Source of the DNA: Raillietiella orientalis
Taxonomy: Eukaryota
DNA length: 64,000 bases
NCBI GenBank assembly: GCA_036172245.1
Contig: JAYWIR010000020.1
Location: 1,798,001-1,862,000 of the forward strand
Direction of reading: 5' to 3'
The notes under the pieces are model-generated. The model searched no databases and was not told the DNA's origin. It worked only from the letters and a program-made list of their open reading frames with translations. This document shows positions 13,701 through 24,990 of the stretch, one piece after another (the first letter of the stretch is position 1; the number at the start of each line of letters is the position of its first letter). A program made the translations under genes and the position numbers.

Positions 13701-14455
13701 TTGTCTGGACAGCCTCCGTATCTTGGATCGCATCTTAGGACTCACAAAGCTCCTCGCCGTTTTCACGACTGCGTCTAATTCTTCCGACCGACCGCTCAAA
13801 GGACTCGGTTCGGAAATTTCGGAGGGCTTCTCCCTGATCCGCAATCCCGGATGAGCCTTTTTTCCCTTTCCGCTCAAGTCCCTTCTTATTCTCGCCGCTC
13901 TGGAAGCGAGACCGACTCCTCTCTTCGGGTTTCTGATCCTCATTGCAAATACATGAGAAGGGGAGAAGCTGGGTAACCATTTGGCTTACGGACAACCATG
14001 CATCAGGAACACGTGTTTTTTTATAAAAGACAAAAAATAAGTAATCAATTCTCCATTACGCAACAGCAGCTTACTGCAGAAAGACTCGAGATCAAAAATG
14101 CGCCCTTGAGTTTAATTGCTGCTCACGATAGGAATGGTGATAAATCTCGTGTCGGACTGTTTCCTATTATTAAGCAATGCAATCCTTTAATGGTGACCAT
14201 TATTCCTCACTAGACAGCACAGGTTTACGGGGCAGCCAACAAAACGAATACTTCATTCCCAGCATCGCTCGAGCAGAGTGTGGACTGGCAAACCTACCCA
14301 ACAGACCAATTATTCAATGGACCAGGACACTGTTCTCCTCCGTGACACTTGACTCCTGAATCGATACTCTCCCTCCTTCTCTTGGCGACGGCGAATGCAG
14401 CACACTGCACTTCTGCACCGGTTCGATGCCGGGATGCGCACCGGGAGCACAGCAT
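1707..14455 (-). CDS. Putative spliced gene or pseudogene, SGNH/PC-esterase-like (gene A); needs TAA/TAG read-through and about 2 frameshifts
   Basis: Hand model exons: 14455-14298, 14209-14127, 14073-13990, 2796-2293, 2239-2131, 2078-1957, 1902-1707. Introns: 88, 53, 11193, 53, 52 and 54 nt, all GT-AG. Motifs occur in SGNH-like order: KGLHCLIIGNSPTRDL, MSLDDAWND, ISP...HEFNDEI, SYSTHFHC. Apparent frameshifts near 14205 and 2595. Confidence 0.45.
4570..5400 (+). mobile_element. Decayed L1/Tx1-like LINE ORF2 fragment (post-RT region)
   Basis: Fragmentary motifs resembling 'aSG..N..K', 'GR.lIa' (RRALIAEG) and 'GG.G'. Loosely similar to 10.8 kb. Confidence 0.35.
5385..5670 (+). ncRNA. tRNA-derived (SINE-head-like) module
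   Basis: Perfect T-arm GCGGG-TTCGAAT-CCCGC at 5553-5569 followed by CAGGGAA, and TTTT at 5667-5670. No complete cloverleaf. Homologous copies at 12.1-12.24 kb (-) and 21.36-21.56 kb (+). Confidence 0.55.
5476..5511. repeat. Perfect 36-bp palindrome
   Basis: ACTGCTTTCTCTCCGCGC|GCGCGGAGAGAAAGCAGT is its own reverse complement. Confidence 0.95.
5532..6546. repeat. Left arm of ~1015-bp inverted repeat
   Basis: Reverse complement of 11223-12238. I found only 2 substitutions near the inner end and a 1-nt poly-A length difference. The ORF track shows identical peptides on opposite strands. Confidence 0.97.
5700..7700 (-). mobile_element. Decayed L1/Tx1-like LINE: ORF2 RT remnant, zf-RVT-like C-terminus and 3' UTR
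   Basis: Minus-strand peptide NPNCARCRQQEPHLLVDCVALRPLW matches the CxxC..E..HL..C zinc-binding motif of L1-group ORF2. Upstream are remnants such as VQGRCAI ('pGR.i'). T-rich 3' UTR. Confidence 0.7.
9153..9356. repeat. Degenerate (AT)n/(ATAGAT)n microsatellite
   Basis: Directly visible AT-rich simple repeat. Confidence 0.85.
10500..12100 (+). mobile_element. Decayed L1/Tx1-like LINE 3' portion (zf-RVT-like and 3' UTR)
   Basis: Same CARC...HLLVDC peptide in ORF 11346-12005. Weak homology to the left copy continues inside the repeat boundary (WIREV vs WIRREV). The 5' limit is approximate. Confidence 0.7.
11223..12238. repeat. Right arm of ~1015-bp inverted repeat
   Basis: Reverse complement of 5532-6546. 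Contains the T-arm at 12201-12217 on the minus strand. Confidence 0.97.
12240..13980 (-). mobile_element. Decayed L1/Tx1-like LINE ORF2 reverse-transcriptase region
   Basis: Collinear degenerate motifs: LASRAARIRRDLSGKGKK ('lrSr..w..GeK'), ELPGRG ('F.pGR') and DGRKRKTPCRSKVSRRRPLP ('NG.......GVRQGCPLS'). Many frameshifts. Confidence 0.55.
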
Positions 14456-17400
14456 GCGCAACAGCAGCGAGGTGCGGAGGCTGATGAACAGAGATGCGGC
14501 GGCACCGTGGCGCTCGCGCGGCGCGCAAAAAAACGCGTGTCAAAGGCGCGCCTCCCCGCAGGTTTCCGAGGTGTCCCAGGCTGCCTTTTGTGGATGAGCA
14601 ACGATCAGATGAGAAATCCCTCTGCGCTCCCGAGCTGCATCACTCGCAGAGCTTTGGGTCTTTGTGCCTGATGATGAGAACGGGTATATTTAGCCGAACC
14701 TATTATCCTATTAAGGGATCTATTAATAAACCAACAAGGCGACCTCTGGGTTTGCTCCTCGACGGGCGGGGCGGTGTGTGCTTGGGGGCACTCAGAAATC
14801 AAAGGCGCCCTTTCGGGGCAATCAGAGAAACAGCTCTCTGAAAAACGCTTTTTCTTTTTTTAGTTTTCTTTCTTTTTCTTTTCTTCCTTCCTTCTCTCTT
14901 CCTTCCTTCGTTTCTTTTCAGTTCCCTCCCCCCCTCTCTCCTCACGACAGCGACGTGCACTTGGGCGAAGAGGCTGGGCAGGTGAGGAGGAAAAGAACCA
15001 AAATAAGACGAGCGATAGTGATGTTTTTCGTGCTTCTTCCTCCTCTTTTCTTTGCCTTTGCCTTTCTCGCTGTTGTCGTCCCCGTCTTTCCTGAATTCTT
15101 TCCTGGATCGCCTGGATTCTTATTCGGACAGATGATTTGGCGATTCCGAATTCGTGTGAGACTGCATTCTTCTAACTACCAAGTCTGTTGCATTCTGCAA
15201 TTCTGGCAACGAACTTCAGGCATCTTTGGAGTGCAGGAAAAAAGATTCGTTTACCGGCGCGTGGGTAATGCTGGGTGGACGCGATGCTCTGAAATCAAGA
15301 ATGGTAGCAGGAGATAGATCCTGAACGGTGCTTCCGTGCTCCGTCGTCAAGGAGATTGCTTGATCTCCAAGATGTCTGTGTGCAGTCCGCCTACTCACCA
15401 TTTCCTCGGATTCTATGAGAACCCTTATGCTGTCTCAGGAGTGAATATTTCCCACTCCATCATAGTCTCTCCGCTGCCTTTTCCCATTTACGAGAGCGCG
15501 AGTCTTTCCTGCAGCCGGATTTTTGCATCTTCCTTGAGTAGAGGTGAGAGCTTCCAGTTTCCTTCGGAGCCAGATTTCGCTCCGAGCCATAACCGAGTGC
15601 TCGCATACGGTCAGTGGATCGTAACAGGCCATCGAGGGAATTGCAGTTTATAGATTTTTGTTTTCAAATCTCAGGATGCAAAAGCCAGGAGTGGTCGGTC
15701 CTCATCCACTCGTCCCGCTTGGGAAGGAGGAAGAGGAAAACAAACCTCCAGAGATGTTTCGACACTGAACGTAAAGTAATAAAAACGCGGAACCGTAAGC
15801 TCAAACAAAGAAATGTCAAAAGGAGGAACATATCAATTAGAATTTGGAAGAGGAAGCGGTCGTAATTTGCGAAATCCACCTCCTTGATTCCGAAATTCCG
15901 TAGGATGGGCACCGGGATTATGGACAGCAGTCGCAAACCCCAAAGATGCCTCGACGCTGATTTCTAAGCATCTTAGGCTTTACGATATCTGCGAAGGGAA
16001 TAAAGCTGTTCGGAAAATGATTTTTATGGGAACGAATTCACAGTCAGGAAAGAATACTTTTGATATTTTCGCCAAGGAAACGACCGTGCTCCCGTTTGGC
16101 AGGATTCGTCCGCCGGCTAAGGCGGTCCGCCTGCGCCGCTGAAGGAACACGAAAATCCACACGTGGACGTGGACAGCATGCGCGCCATGCGTGGGGGTCT
16201 TTTCTTTCTGTGAAAGTCGTGGACTCGATTCACGGCGCAGGTCGTTTCATGGATTCCAATTAGCCAGCTTTACACTTGACCGTCTGCGTTGACAGCCGCG
16301 TTCTGTCTTTCATGCAACGGACCCTTTTTTCACGATCTCCCTAGATGAGGGAGGGAAAGGGGGGGGAGGGTTAGAGGAATCATCTCGCTCACGCTGAGAT
16401 CGGGAAGTTTGGCGTGCGGTAGCGTAAAACTGCAAGCTGCAAGGAAGGATGTTCTTCTTTGGAGACGGCGAACCGTGGAGAGACGGACGAAAAAGCCGAG
16501 AAGCGACGTGCGCTGTCCATGCTGCGAAAGAACAAGAGTTTTCCTAGCTCCTTTCGTTCCCATCCGAATCGCCCCTGCGCCATCTGCACCTCGGGGAAGA
16601 TCCCAGATTATTTGTTTCCCCTGAGGATAGTCGTTGTTCCTCCCCGGTTTCGTCCGTTGGAGCGGAGAAAGCCAAAACAAAACCAAAGATATGCTTGCAG
16701 CTTCGTTCGCTACCTGCGCTTCATTTTGTTCCGCAAGGAGCAGGCTTGGAGCAAGCGCCTACAACTTCCGGTTCTCCGCAACATCGGGAAGAGGCCATTT
16801 CAGAATTTCCTGCAGATGTGGCAGACGCGGAATCGCTTACGTCCTTTATTGCGTTTCAGCAGTTTTATTCGGTTGCAGCAGGTGATGCAGCGGCACTCGG
16901 TGAATTTTAGTGGCGCAGGAAGGCGGTCGACGAGGCTCAGTAGCAGGAGCAACGGAACGGAGCAGATGCATGCTCCTCTCCGGAAACGCAAGACGTGAGG
17001 CGGCGTGGCGCAGTCTGGGCCGTTTCGCTCTATGAGCGCCGTGCACTCGTGAGTCGCATCTGTCCACGTCCTCGGGCGCGTCTCTGTGGTTCTCTGGGGC
17101 CGCCTCGCTCTTACGGGGAGGAAGAGAATGACCCCGCCCGTGGTGCAGCGAACGTGCGCCGTGGTCCGCAGGAGACCTTTCCGGGCGTCTGCGGCGCTCA
17201 GCAGAACCCTGGGGCCGAATCGCTTCTTTCCAAGGAGCCAGGGGTCCAAGAATTCATCCAGACCCACCGTGTGCGCCGCCGAAGAAACCGGAAGGAAAAG
17301 AAGCTGAGGGATGGGGTCGATTTTCGCCAATTCGTTGCGCTTTCTTACGGACAGGCGTCTCCTGTTTTTCCTTTTCCGTTCGTGACGGCGCGCGCGAAGC

Positions 17401-18769
17401 CACTCCTGGATCCTGCTATTCCAACTGCAATCCGGAGATTTCCAAAGACTCGCTACGCGAATTGCCTTCCTCGGGTAAACAGAAATTACCTCTCAGGCGA
17501 TCGACTCGGTGGCTTCGTCTTCCTCCGTCCCCTTAGCATCTAGACCGACTCCCTTCCGTCCCAGAAAGCAGGATTCTTTTCCCTGTGCAACCCCAGCGAG
17601 TCGAATCCCGAATTTTCCTCCCTCCTGGGACACTCCGATTCAGGAAAAGGTGGAACCCGCGCGAGTGCGAAAGAAAGGGTTGCACTGGAACCGGCAGCAG
17701 ACGTTGACGAAAACCTCTCTCCAACAAGAGACTTTGTTTCCCGTTCATAAGTCCGCCGAGGATGCTGCTCTCTCTCAAGAGAATCCTGGATCATTAGACA
17801 GCTTAACAGGAAGCTTGCAGGAGGGATGCGGTGTACAGGGACCAGTGCTAAGACCTGATTCGAATTGGACCCTCTTTGGAGATACTGAGGATGCTCTTTG
17901 GCGCTTGGCACGGGTAACTGAGTGGACGAAGCAAACGAGTGTGATCCAAGAGCAAATTTGCCTTCGTGGTGGTGGCTCCCTTGACTTCACTCGTCTCCGC
18001 ATGAGGGCAGAGGACCGATCTCCGTGGCTGCTTACCCGTGGCCGCATCTATGGTAAGCAGTCACTTCCAATCCTCGTTCCGGATGCTGCTGGTGGTCTCG
18101 TCTCTCCATGTATCAGCAGCGAACTTCAGAGGCTGCTGGACGGTGTTCCTGCTTTGAGGTGACTTCCTCCTGCTCTTTTTCTTAGCCACATCTTCCACTT
18201 CGGGATGTTTTTTTCTTCTTTTTCCTTCTTCCTTCCGACAGTGCCAACATCCTTCAGTCTACTCTTTACCAGTCTACTCCTCACCTCCTTCAGTCACTCC
18301 CCACCACCTCCTCACTCTCCTCACTCAGTGCGACCTGCGGCCGGAAACGGACCGCTCGTCCAAGACGAAAGGAACAGCGTCTTCGCCGCAATGAACTCTG
18401 AAATTTCGCATTTCGCGAAGACCAGCGCTGCTGCGTGCTCCTGCGGCAAGGGGTGCGCTCCGCGTTCCTTCCTTCCTGAGGAGGGGAGTCCCGGACTTGA
18501 CGTGGTCCAGCCAACGTTACGAAACAGGCGCTTCGGAAGCCCTCGAGCTCTGTGACGTCCGGGAACCTCGGAGGTCCGCCGCTGCACGTGATGCCGGAAG
18601 CGGGGAGCGCACGCCGCCACCAAGGCGACGGCGGTTGCGAAACTCCTCCGCGGGCCGGGTTTCCTGAACGAGGACGAGTCGCCGGAGCGGCGAACGTCGC
18701 TGGGGACGCACACCCCGAGGGGGAGAACGCGACCGCAGAAGACACCTCGGAAGTGTCGGGAGCGCAGGA

Positions 18770-19330
18770 ACCGAGCGGGCGCCGCACCCACGCGGAGGGC
18801 TGGAAGCTCCCCGGTACGGCGTGCATCAGACGAAGGGGACCCTGCCACGCCTCCCGAGGATGCGAGCGAGTCGGCCGGAAGGAAGCCCCGAAGGGATCCA
18901 AGCCAGGGTGGGGTGCGTCCCTCTCTGCCCTTGGAAGGGATTCCCGAAGGGCCGCTGCCTGCTAGGAGCAGCGAGAGCTTCGGACACTCTGGGGAAGGGT
19001 GTCTCTCCGGAGTGTTCCAGCTCTGTAGTACTAGGCTCCATTTGCATAGCCAGAGGGTCAACCTCCAGTCCCGGCCAGTCCGAACGAGAGCATACCATTG
19101 CCTCACCCGAAACCTGTGGGTCCAACTAGCGTCATCCTGCAGGGAGGGGAGGAATCGAAACCCACGACGCGCCCCCCATTTCTCATTACCCGGGCGGAAT
19201 TCAAGCTCGTGACGCCCCGTGCCACCGCGCGCGGACACAGCGAGCTCGGACGGGGACTTCCCCGAAAGTGGACGCTCTCTTGGGGAGGAAAGTCAGGGAA
19301 CCCCTCCGGTCCGTGGCATGTCCTGGAAAG
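18770..19330 (+). mobile_element. Diverged copy of the same LINE 3' region
   Basis: GAGGGTCAACCTCCAGTCCCGGCCA is shared with 11418-11442. The PEGSPEG and RVNLQSRP peptides recur. Confidence 0.7.
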
Positions 19331-20449
19331 ACCCCCATCCTGTTTTTGTTAGTCGACGGAGGCATCTGGTCTACAGCGCGCTTACCAGAGCCATGTCGGC
19401 GCCACATCCGAATCAACCAGTGCCCTGCGGAGCGGACGCCTCTCTCCTTCCCCCACGGTGCGCGCGCCTACCTTCCGCGCGTCGATCCTTCACGAGGAGA
19501 TTCGGCGATACCAGCGCGCGTGCCCAAGACGGATGGACGGGCCCTTCTCGTAAGGGCGGCGGAGGCCTCCACGTCATGCTGGGGGGAGACTACACCCCCC
19601 GGACCCAGGGGGGCACGTGCTTTGCTCGGAGCGAGGCTGGGCGCAAAAGAAGAAACCACTCGAGACGGGATGCTGAGAGGAAGAATCGGGTTCGGCGAAC
19701 CTCGTGGGTGTCACGGGTGCGCGGGCGGGGAACGGTTCCCGGGTCTCCATCCGCGTGCCCACGATGCGCCACTCTGATTTTTCTGCCACAGGGAATGAGG
19801 CAGGAGGCAACCGGGAAGACGTCGCGTCCAGAAGATGCTCCGCTGGAACCTCTCCCACCTCCCACTTGCCGGAAACCGCGACTCCGGGACGGGAAGGTCA
19901 AGGCTGTCGGGAAGGTGCCCGTTGACGCTTCTGCTGCTCTCGGATGGAAGATGTTTTGGGAACCCGCAACATTGGGATGCTGCTCCGGTTGCCGCTGGAA
20001 GCGACTGGAGCTGCAGTGACCATCCAGTGAGTTTTCCGCTTTCGGACAACTCCTCCTCCCCCCTTTCTCCCCAAGGATGCTTTCCCGGGAAGCTTCTGTG
20101 AGCGTGGTCCCTTCCCTCCCCCCGAGCTCCATCCGAGGTCCCACCTGCTGAGGGAGCGCCTCCGGGAGAAGACCAGCTGCACTCCCCCTGGGGATCTCGG
20201 ACGGCGCAAGGCGGTTCCGCCCTCCCGTCGTCAAGAGGCGCTGGAGAGGCTCTGGCCGGATGCTTCTTGCGCGTGGGAGATGGACTCCCCATTTCAAAGA
20301 CGCCCTCGGATCCTTGGAATCATGTCAGCCTCGGACAACCTGACGTGGCCTTTGCGCGTCGCTCGACTTCCGGCCATGAAACTCCGATTAGCGAACCGCC
20401 CAGCCGCACACCATCCACGTTCCGTCCAGCTGTTCTCCGGTGCGTGCGG

Positions 20450-20760
20450 AGACGTCAACCACTTCCCTGGTTTTCTCAGAAGACTCAGCCGAGGGCCTCA
20501 CTCGGACGCCTCTTCACGCGTGGCAGGGACGTCTCCTGCCTCGGCGACTGCATGTGCTCACGCTGCGCTTCCGCGGGGTCCCGGCAGATCGGCAGCAGAG
20601 ATTGAAATGGCGGAGGAGCCATCGTGTCCCTCGCCTTCCCGTTCCTAGGGATCGCGGCGAGGTGGCCGCGCCTGAGGCGCAACCGGGAGGTACCCGCCGG
20701 CATCCCCGAGAGGATGTGTACATCACCAGGGTAGCAATCCGCGATCCGCCCTCCCTCCCG
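20450..20760 (+). repeat. Dispersed repeat, possibly a LINE ORF1 (zinc-knuckle) remnant
   Basis: Clearly homologous to 23000-23290 (shared AATGGCGGAGGAGCCATCGT, TTCCTAGGGAT, ATCCCCGAGAGGATG). The ORF1 identity is inference from an RHPREDV ~ GHxxxDC remnant. Confidence 0.6.
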
Positions 20761-21360
20761 CATTTCAGGACCTTTTTGATTTCGTTATTATTGATTTCTG
20801 TTCACCTCCCTTGTCCCTGATTTCCCTCCGCGGACTGCCTCTTCCAGCGGCCTCTTCCTAGCGGAGGAACCCTCCACGCGGAAATGGTGGCGCCGTACCG
20901 CCACGACGCACTTTATTGAATGCATCATTGCCGAAATTCGTATTATTGAAATTTATGTTGCTGGGATTTGTATTGTTGGAATATATATGTATATATTTAT
21001 TTTGTTTACAAGAAGCTTCCCTGCGTGACCAGGTGAAAACGCAGCTTTTGTGAGTGGTCCGACTGTTTGTTTCTCCTTTTCTACAGGACGGGACGCTCGA
21101 AACCGGGAGACGATGTTTAGTCGCGAAGGCAATCCCCCGGAGGGGAGGCTGGTAGCTGCCTCACCTTGCATAGTCGGATCTTCTTTATCCACTCGCCTCC
21201 TTCCAGAGTTTTCACACGCACAGCTTCCCCTGAGTCGCAGACTCCGCAGGGAGTTTATGGATCTCCCCGAATCCGGGATAGCAGGAAACTTAACATTCCA
21301 GGAAGCCCAGTTTCCCGCCGTCACTGTAGGCGATCAGGTTCCCTGATTCCCCGCAGGTGT

Positions 21361-21560
21361 CGCCGAGCTGCTCAGTGGTCAGCGAGACCCACGAAAAAGC
21401 ATTCCGCTCGCCCACGCTGGCGGCCGCTTGGCAACGGTCTCCGCGCGCGCGGTTGCACCGAGCGTCGCGGGTTCGAATCCCGCTAGGGAAATGATCGAGA
21501 CGCCGAGAAATGGGAAAGGGGGCATCGTGGGTTTCGAGTCCCCCGCCCACACCGCAAGAT
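21361..21560 (+). ncRNA. tRNA-derived module, diverged copy
   Basis: A-box-like GCTGCTCAGTGGTCAGC at ~21367-21383 and T-arm GCGGG-TTCGAAT-CCCGC at 21467-21483. Aligns with 5455-5655. Confidence 0.6.
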
Positions 21561-21599
21561 GACTCTGGTTGGCCTATTCGGATGCAGAGCCGGAGAAGT

Positions 21600-22150
21600 C
21601 CGGATGCCCCCATGTTCCGTGAGCTGACCGGGGTCGGAAGTGACCCTCCGCGGTCGTTCCAGGAATCAAGGACCCTTCGGTGTCTCCCTCCGGTTGTACA
21701 AATGGGGCCGTACCATCACGTACCATGGAGCTGGTTGATACCCGCCTTGGGGGTTGCCTCTCCAGAGGTCTACCTATCACTTCGGGGAGCGGCCCTTCAG
21801 GAAAATCGTCCCTTCGGGGTTCTCTTCGGAGGAGGGAAAACCAGGAGTGGATCTGGGGGGTCCCTCCGGAGATAACCAGTGCGGAGGACCCCTCCCGGGC
21901 CCGGGAGGAACAAACTGCTTCCTGCGAGCCCTCCTGGATTCACAGGATGGTTCCTCCGAGGTCAGTCCTGACCTGAAGAGTCACACGCACTCTCGAGTGG
22001 CCTTGGCCGTCTTTAAAAGAGTCTCGCGACTCCTCCTTAAGGGAGAGGCGAGAGTTCTTCAGCATTTGGCGACCCCCATTGCCCTCTCAAAGAAAAAGAA
22101 AAGGAAAAAAAAATCTCGGAGGAAAGCAGGAGAACCCGAGAGAACTTCTA
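21600..22150 (-). mobile_element. Diverged LINE 3'-region copy
   Basis: TGACCCTCCGCGGTCGTTCCAGGAATCAAGGA and GGGGCCGTACCATCACGT are shared with 6345-6426. Confidence 0.75.
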
Positions 22151-22999
22151 TCATCTCAGGTCAATCAGCGATGATGACCTCTCCATGAGGTCGCTGCTGG
22201 CCTATGAAAAGGGGGGGGGGGGAAGGAAGGAAAGTGGGGGAAGCACGGGAACTTTTTCCCCGCTGCGGCACGCAGCTCGAGTAGGGGTCCCTAAGGGGGG
22301 ACAGGTGGGCTGGGACCTCCGACCAGGAAGAGCGCCGTTCTGGCTCGAGGGAGGAGACAGCGCCGGCGGCCAAGCCTCCCCGTCTTCTGGGGCGATTCGT
22401 TGCTGTCCGAAGCGCCTCGGGCCGGGCTCTCTCCGCTCGGCCTTGTCAGCCAGCGAACGCCGGCTCGCCCTCCCCTCCCATCCTTCCCGGAGGCAGTCAT
22501 CTGGCCTTCCGTCGTGCGCGACCGTGGGGAGAACCCGATCGTCGGAGGAGGCGCAACTCCTCAGCCTCCTCCAGCAGTTGAACGACACCGGGGTCTCCGT
22601 GCAGCAGAAGCAGCTCCCGTCACAGCCTGTGCTGCGGCTTCCCTTCGTTCTGACCCCGCCTCACGATCGCCGGTATGGGGGGAGAGGGGAAACCCGCGAG
22701 CAGGTTGGCTGTCGACACCCGGCGCGCCTCCCCCTCCCCCTCCCGTTGCCTCCAGGGAAGTTTCGTCCGGAGTTTTCGTTGCCCCGGCACCGCTGTTGCC
22801 CGACGTCCGCAACTCTCCTCGCCCTTTCACCATCGTCCGAGCCGCCTAGAGGGAGTCTCGCGAAAACAATCGCACGCCTCGGTTCGGTTTCCAGGGTACA
22901 TCCCGAAGACCGCGAAGGAGACCTCTGCTCCCTTTCTGCCACGTTCGCCTCGCAGGTGGCACTGCTTCCAGCATCTTTCGACCTCCCAAACTTCGTCGC

Positions 23000-23290
23000 C
23001 GTCTGTGTGCTGTGTGCCCCTGCATGCTCCCGCCGAGTCGTGCTCCCGCCTACCCTGAACAACACGTTTCCCGCGTGGACCTCCGGCTGCCGCGCTCGGG
23101 AGTCGCTGAGAGTCCGCAGGGTCGCGGCGGCTGGGAGCCCCCTGCAGCAGAGGTCGGAATGGCGGAGGAGCCATCGTCTCCTTCGCCTTCCCTGCATTCC
23201 TAGGGATTCCGGCAGATGGCAGCACCTGGAGCGCAACCGAGAGGAACCGTCGATATCCCCGAGAGGATGCAGAGACCGCCAGGGAGCAAC
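23000..23290 (+). repeat. Dispersed repeat, second copy (possible LINE ORF1 remnant)
   Basis: Homologous to 20450-20760. A weaker relative lies on the minus strand near 55930-56070. Confidence 0.6.
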
Positions 23291-23869
23291 CCAATTTTTT
23301 TTCCTCTTCTTCTTTCCCCTCCCCTTCCTCCCCCCCATCTCGATCTTCCTCGTTGCCTTCCTGGAGCGGTTTTCGGAGCTTTGTGGGATTCCGGACACCT
23401 GCTTGCGGGGGAGGTGCCTCACCGGCCTTCGAGGATTCCGAGCTCTCTGCAGGAAATCTCGTGCAGGGACGCCGTCCCCCCCCCCCCCCGCATCTCGGCG
23501 AACTCCTCCCTGCGATCAGGCGGATGCGATAAGCGGCGGATGCGAGAGACGAAAGGGCGGCTCCTCGCGATCGCGGCAGATGGATGCGGCTTTGCGTACT
23601 TTCCCTTTCGTCAGCCTCCCTCGCACGCGGACGCTGCAGGAAAGCCGGAGATCCCGGGCGATCGCGGGGCGTCCTCGCCTCCGTGGGTTCGAGCCCGCTG
23701 GCGCCTCCGGCGAAGTCTCGCCTTCTGGCGGGGCCCTCGTCCAGCTCGCGAGCGCCAGAGGCCTCGAGGGAATCGACGGCCGAGCGCCGCACCTTCTCGC
23801 CCGGTTGCGTCGGGGCGTTTCTTGAGAGCGGAAAAAGTGCCAAGGGCGGTCAGTGTGGTAGGACTGTCG

Positions 23870-24305
23870 CCGCTCCTACCACGTGGTCCACCGATCGGAG
23901 AGCCTGCAGGGTTGCAGGTGCGCAGCAGGTCGGCGAGGGTCGACCCGGCAGCAGAGGGAGGGGGACAAACAAAGGGGAAATCAAAAGAAAGGAAACGAGA
24001 ATAAATGGCAGAAACTCTGAGAGGTTCGGGAAGGGGTCACTGCCTGCTCGGGGGTATCCTCTGCACCCGTCCAAGGATGCCGGCAGATTCGGGTCGCCTG
24101 CTTTCCGGATTGAGCTATCTCAATGCCACTCTCAGGAAGCGGACTGAGAAGTGGATGGTGTCCCTGTCATTGCAGCCTCTCCCGGCGGTGATCCAGGAAG
24201 GTACAATCCTGCGTCGTCAGCAGAGAGCTGTTGGGGGCGTGGCCGGGGGTAGGGCATCTGCGTACGAAGAGGCGTTTTATAGTGTCTCCGGGGTTGCCTT
24301 CCGGG
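23870..24305 (-). mobile_element. LINE 3' end copy (ORF2 tail and 3' UTR)
   Basis: Collinear with 5790-6200, e.g. GATGGTGTCCCTGTC ~ GATGGCGTCCCTGTC and GAAGAGGCG. Confidence 0.7.
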
Positions 24306-24379
24306 GGGTGGGGCTGGGACGCAGAAAAACTCTCCCGCGGTGCTCGCGTCGTGTGGCAGCAGGAACGGCCACACGACGA

Positions 24380-24990
24380 TCCCCGAGGTGGCAACCGGCG
24401 ACGTCTTTCGAGAAACCACGCCAAGCAGGAGCGGGGAACGGGAATCCTTCCTGCACCTGCTTGTGGACTGTCGTTGCCCTCCGGCCCCTATGGAAACGTT
24501 CTGGGACGACGACCCTTCGGACCCCGGTTGGCAGTCCCGGGGACGTTTCGCAGTCCCTCTTCGCCCGAGATGCGTTCGGCCAGCAGCAGCCCCGGCAGCT
24601 GCTCCCTGCTGCATCCGCGGGACTGTGGCGGCGGTCTGGAGCGACGCTGGAAGAGGACCGTGCGAGAGGTACGCCATCGAGGTGTGCACTCCACTTTCTG
24701 CGGATAGCAGCCAGATGCCGCCACCTGGGTTCTATGCAGGCGAAACCATTTTTTACTTATTTATTTATTTATTTTTCTTTTCGCTTCCTTCCCTCCCCAC
24801 CGCTGCCGAGGTGAACCTGCGCGCCGCCGACCTGCGTGCCGGCAACCCGGCAGGTCCTTCGCACAACCGAACTTGGTGGGGCCGAGCGCCCTACCGCAAT
24901 GGCTGTAAGTTTATTGCTCTGTCAACGAGCGCCCCGGCGTGACCGGGCGGCAAGCCCACTTCCCGCGGAGGGAGTGGCGGGGATGGACCG
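24380..24990 (+). mobile_element. LINE 3' end copy (zf-RVT-like and 3' UTR)
   Basis: Peptide ERESFLHLLVDC. The 3' UTR GCTGCCGAGG...CCTGCGTGCC...TGACCGGG matches 11935-12090. Confidence 0.75.

Noticed and set aside
22185..23825. Longest ORF (546 aa), and similar long ORFs at 46.4-49.1 kb
   Set aside because: R/P/G/S-rich, open in several overlapping frames because of high GC, overlapping dispersed repeats, and with no recognisable domain.
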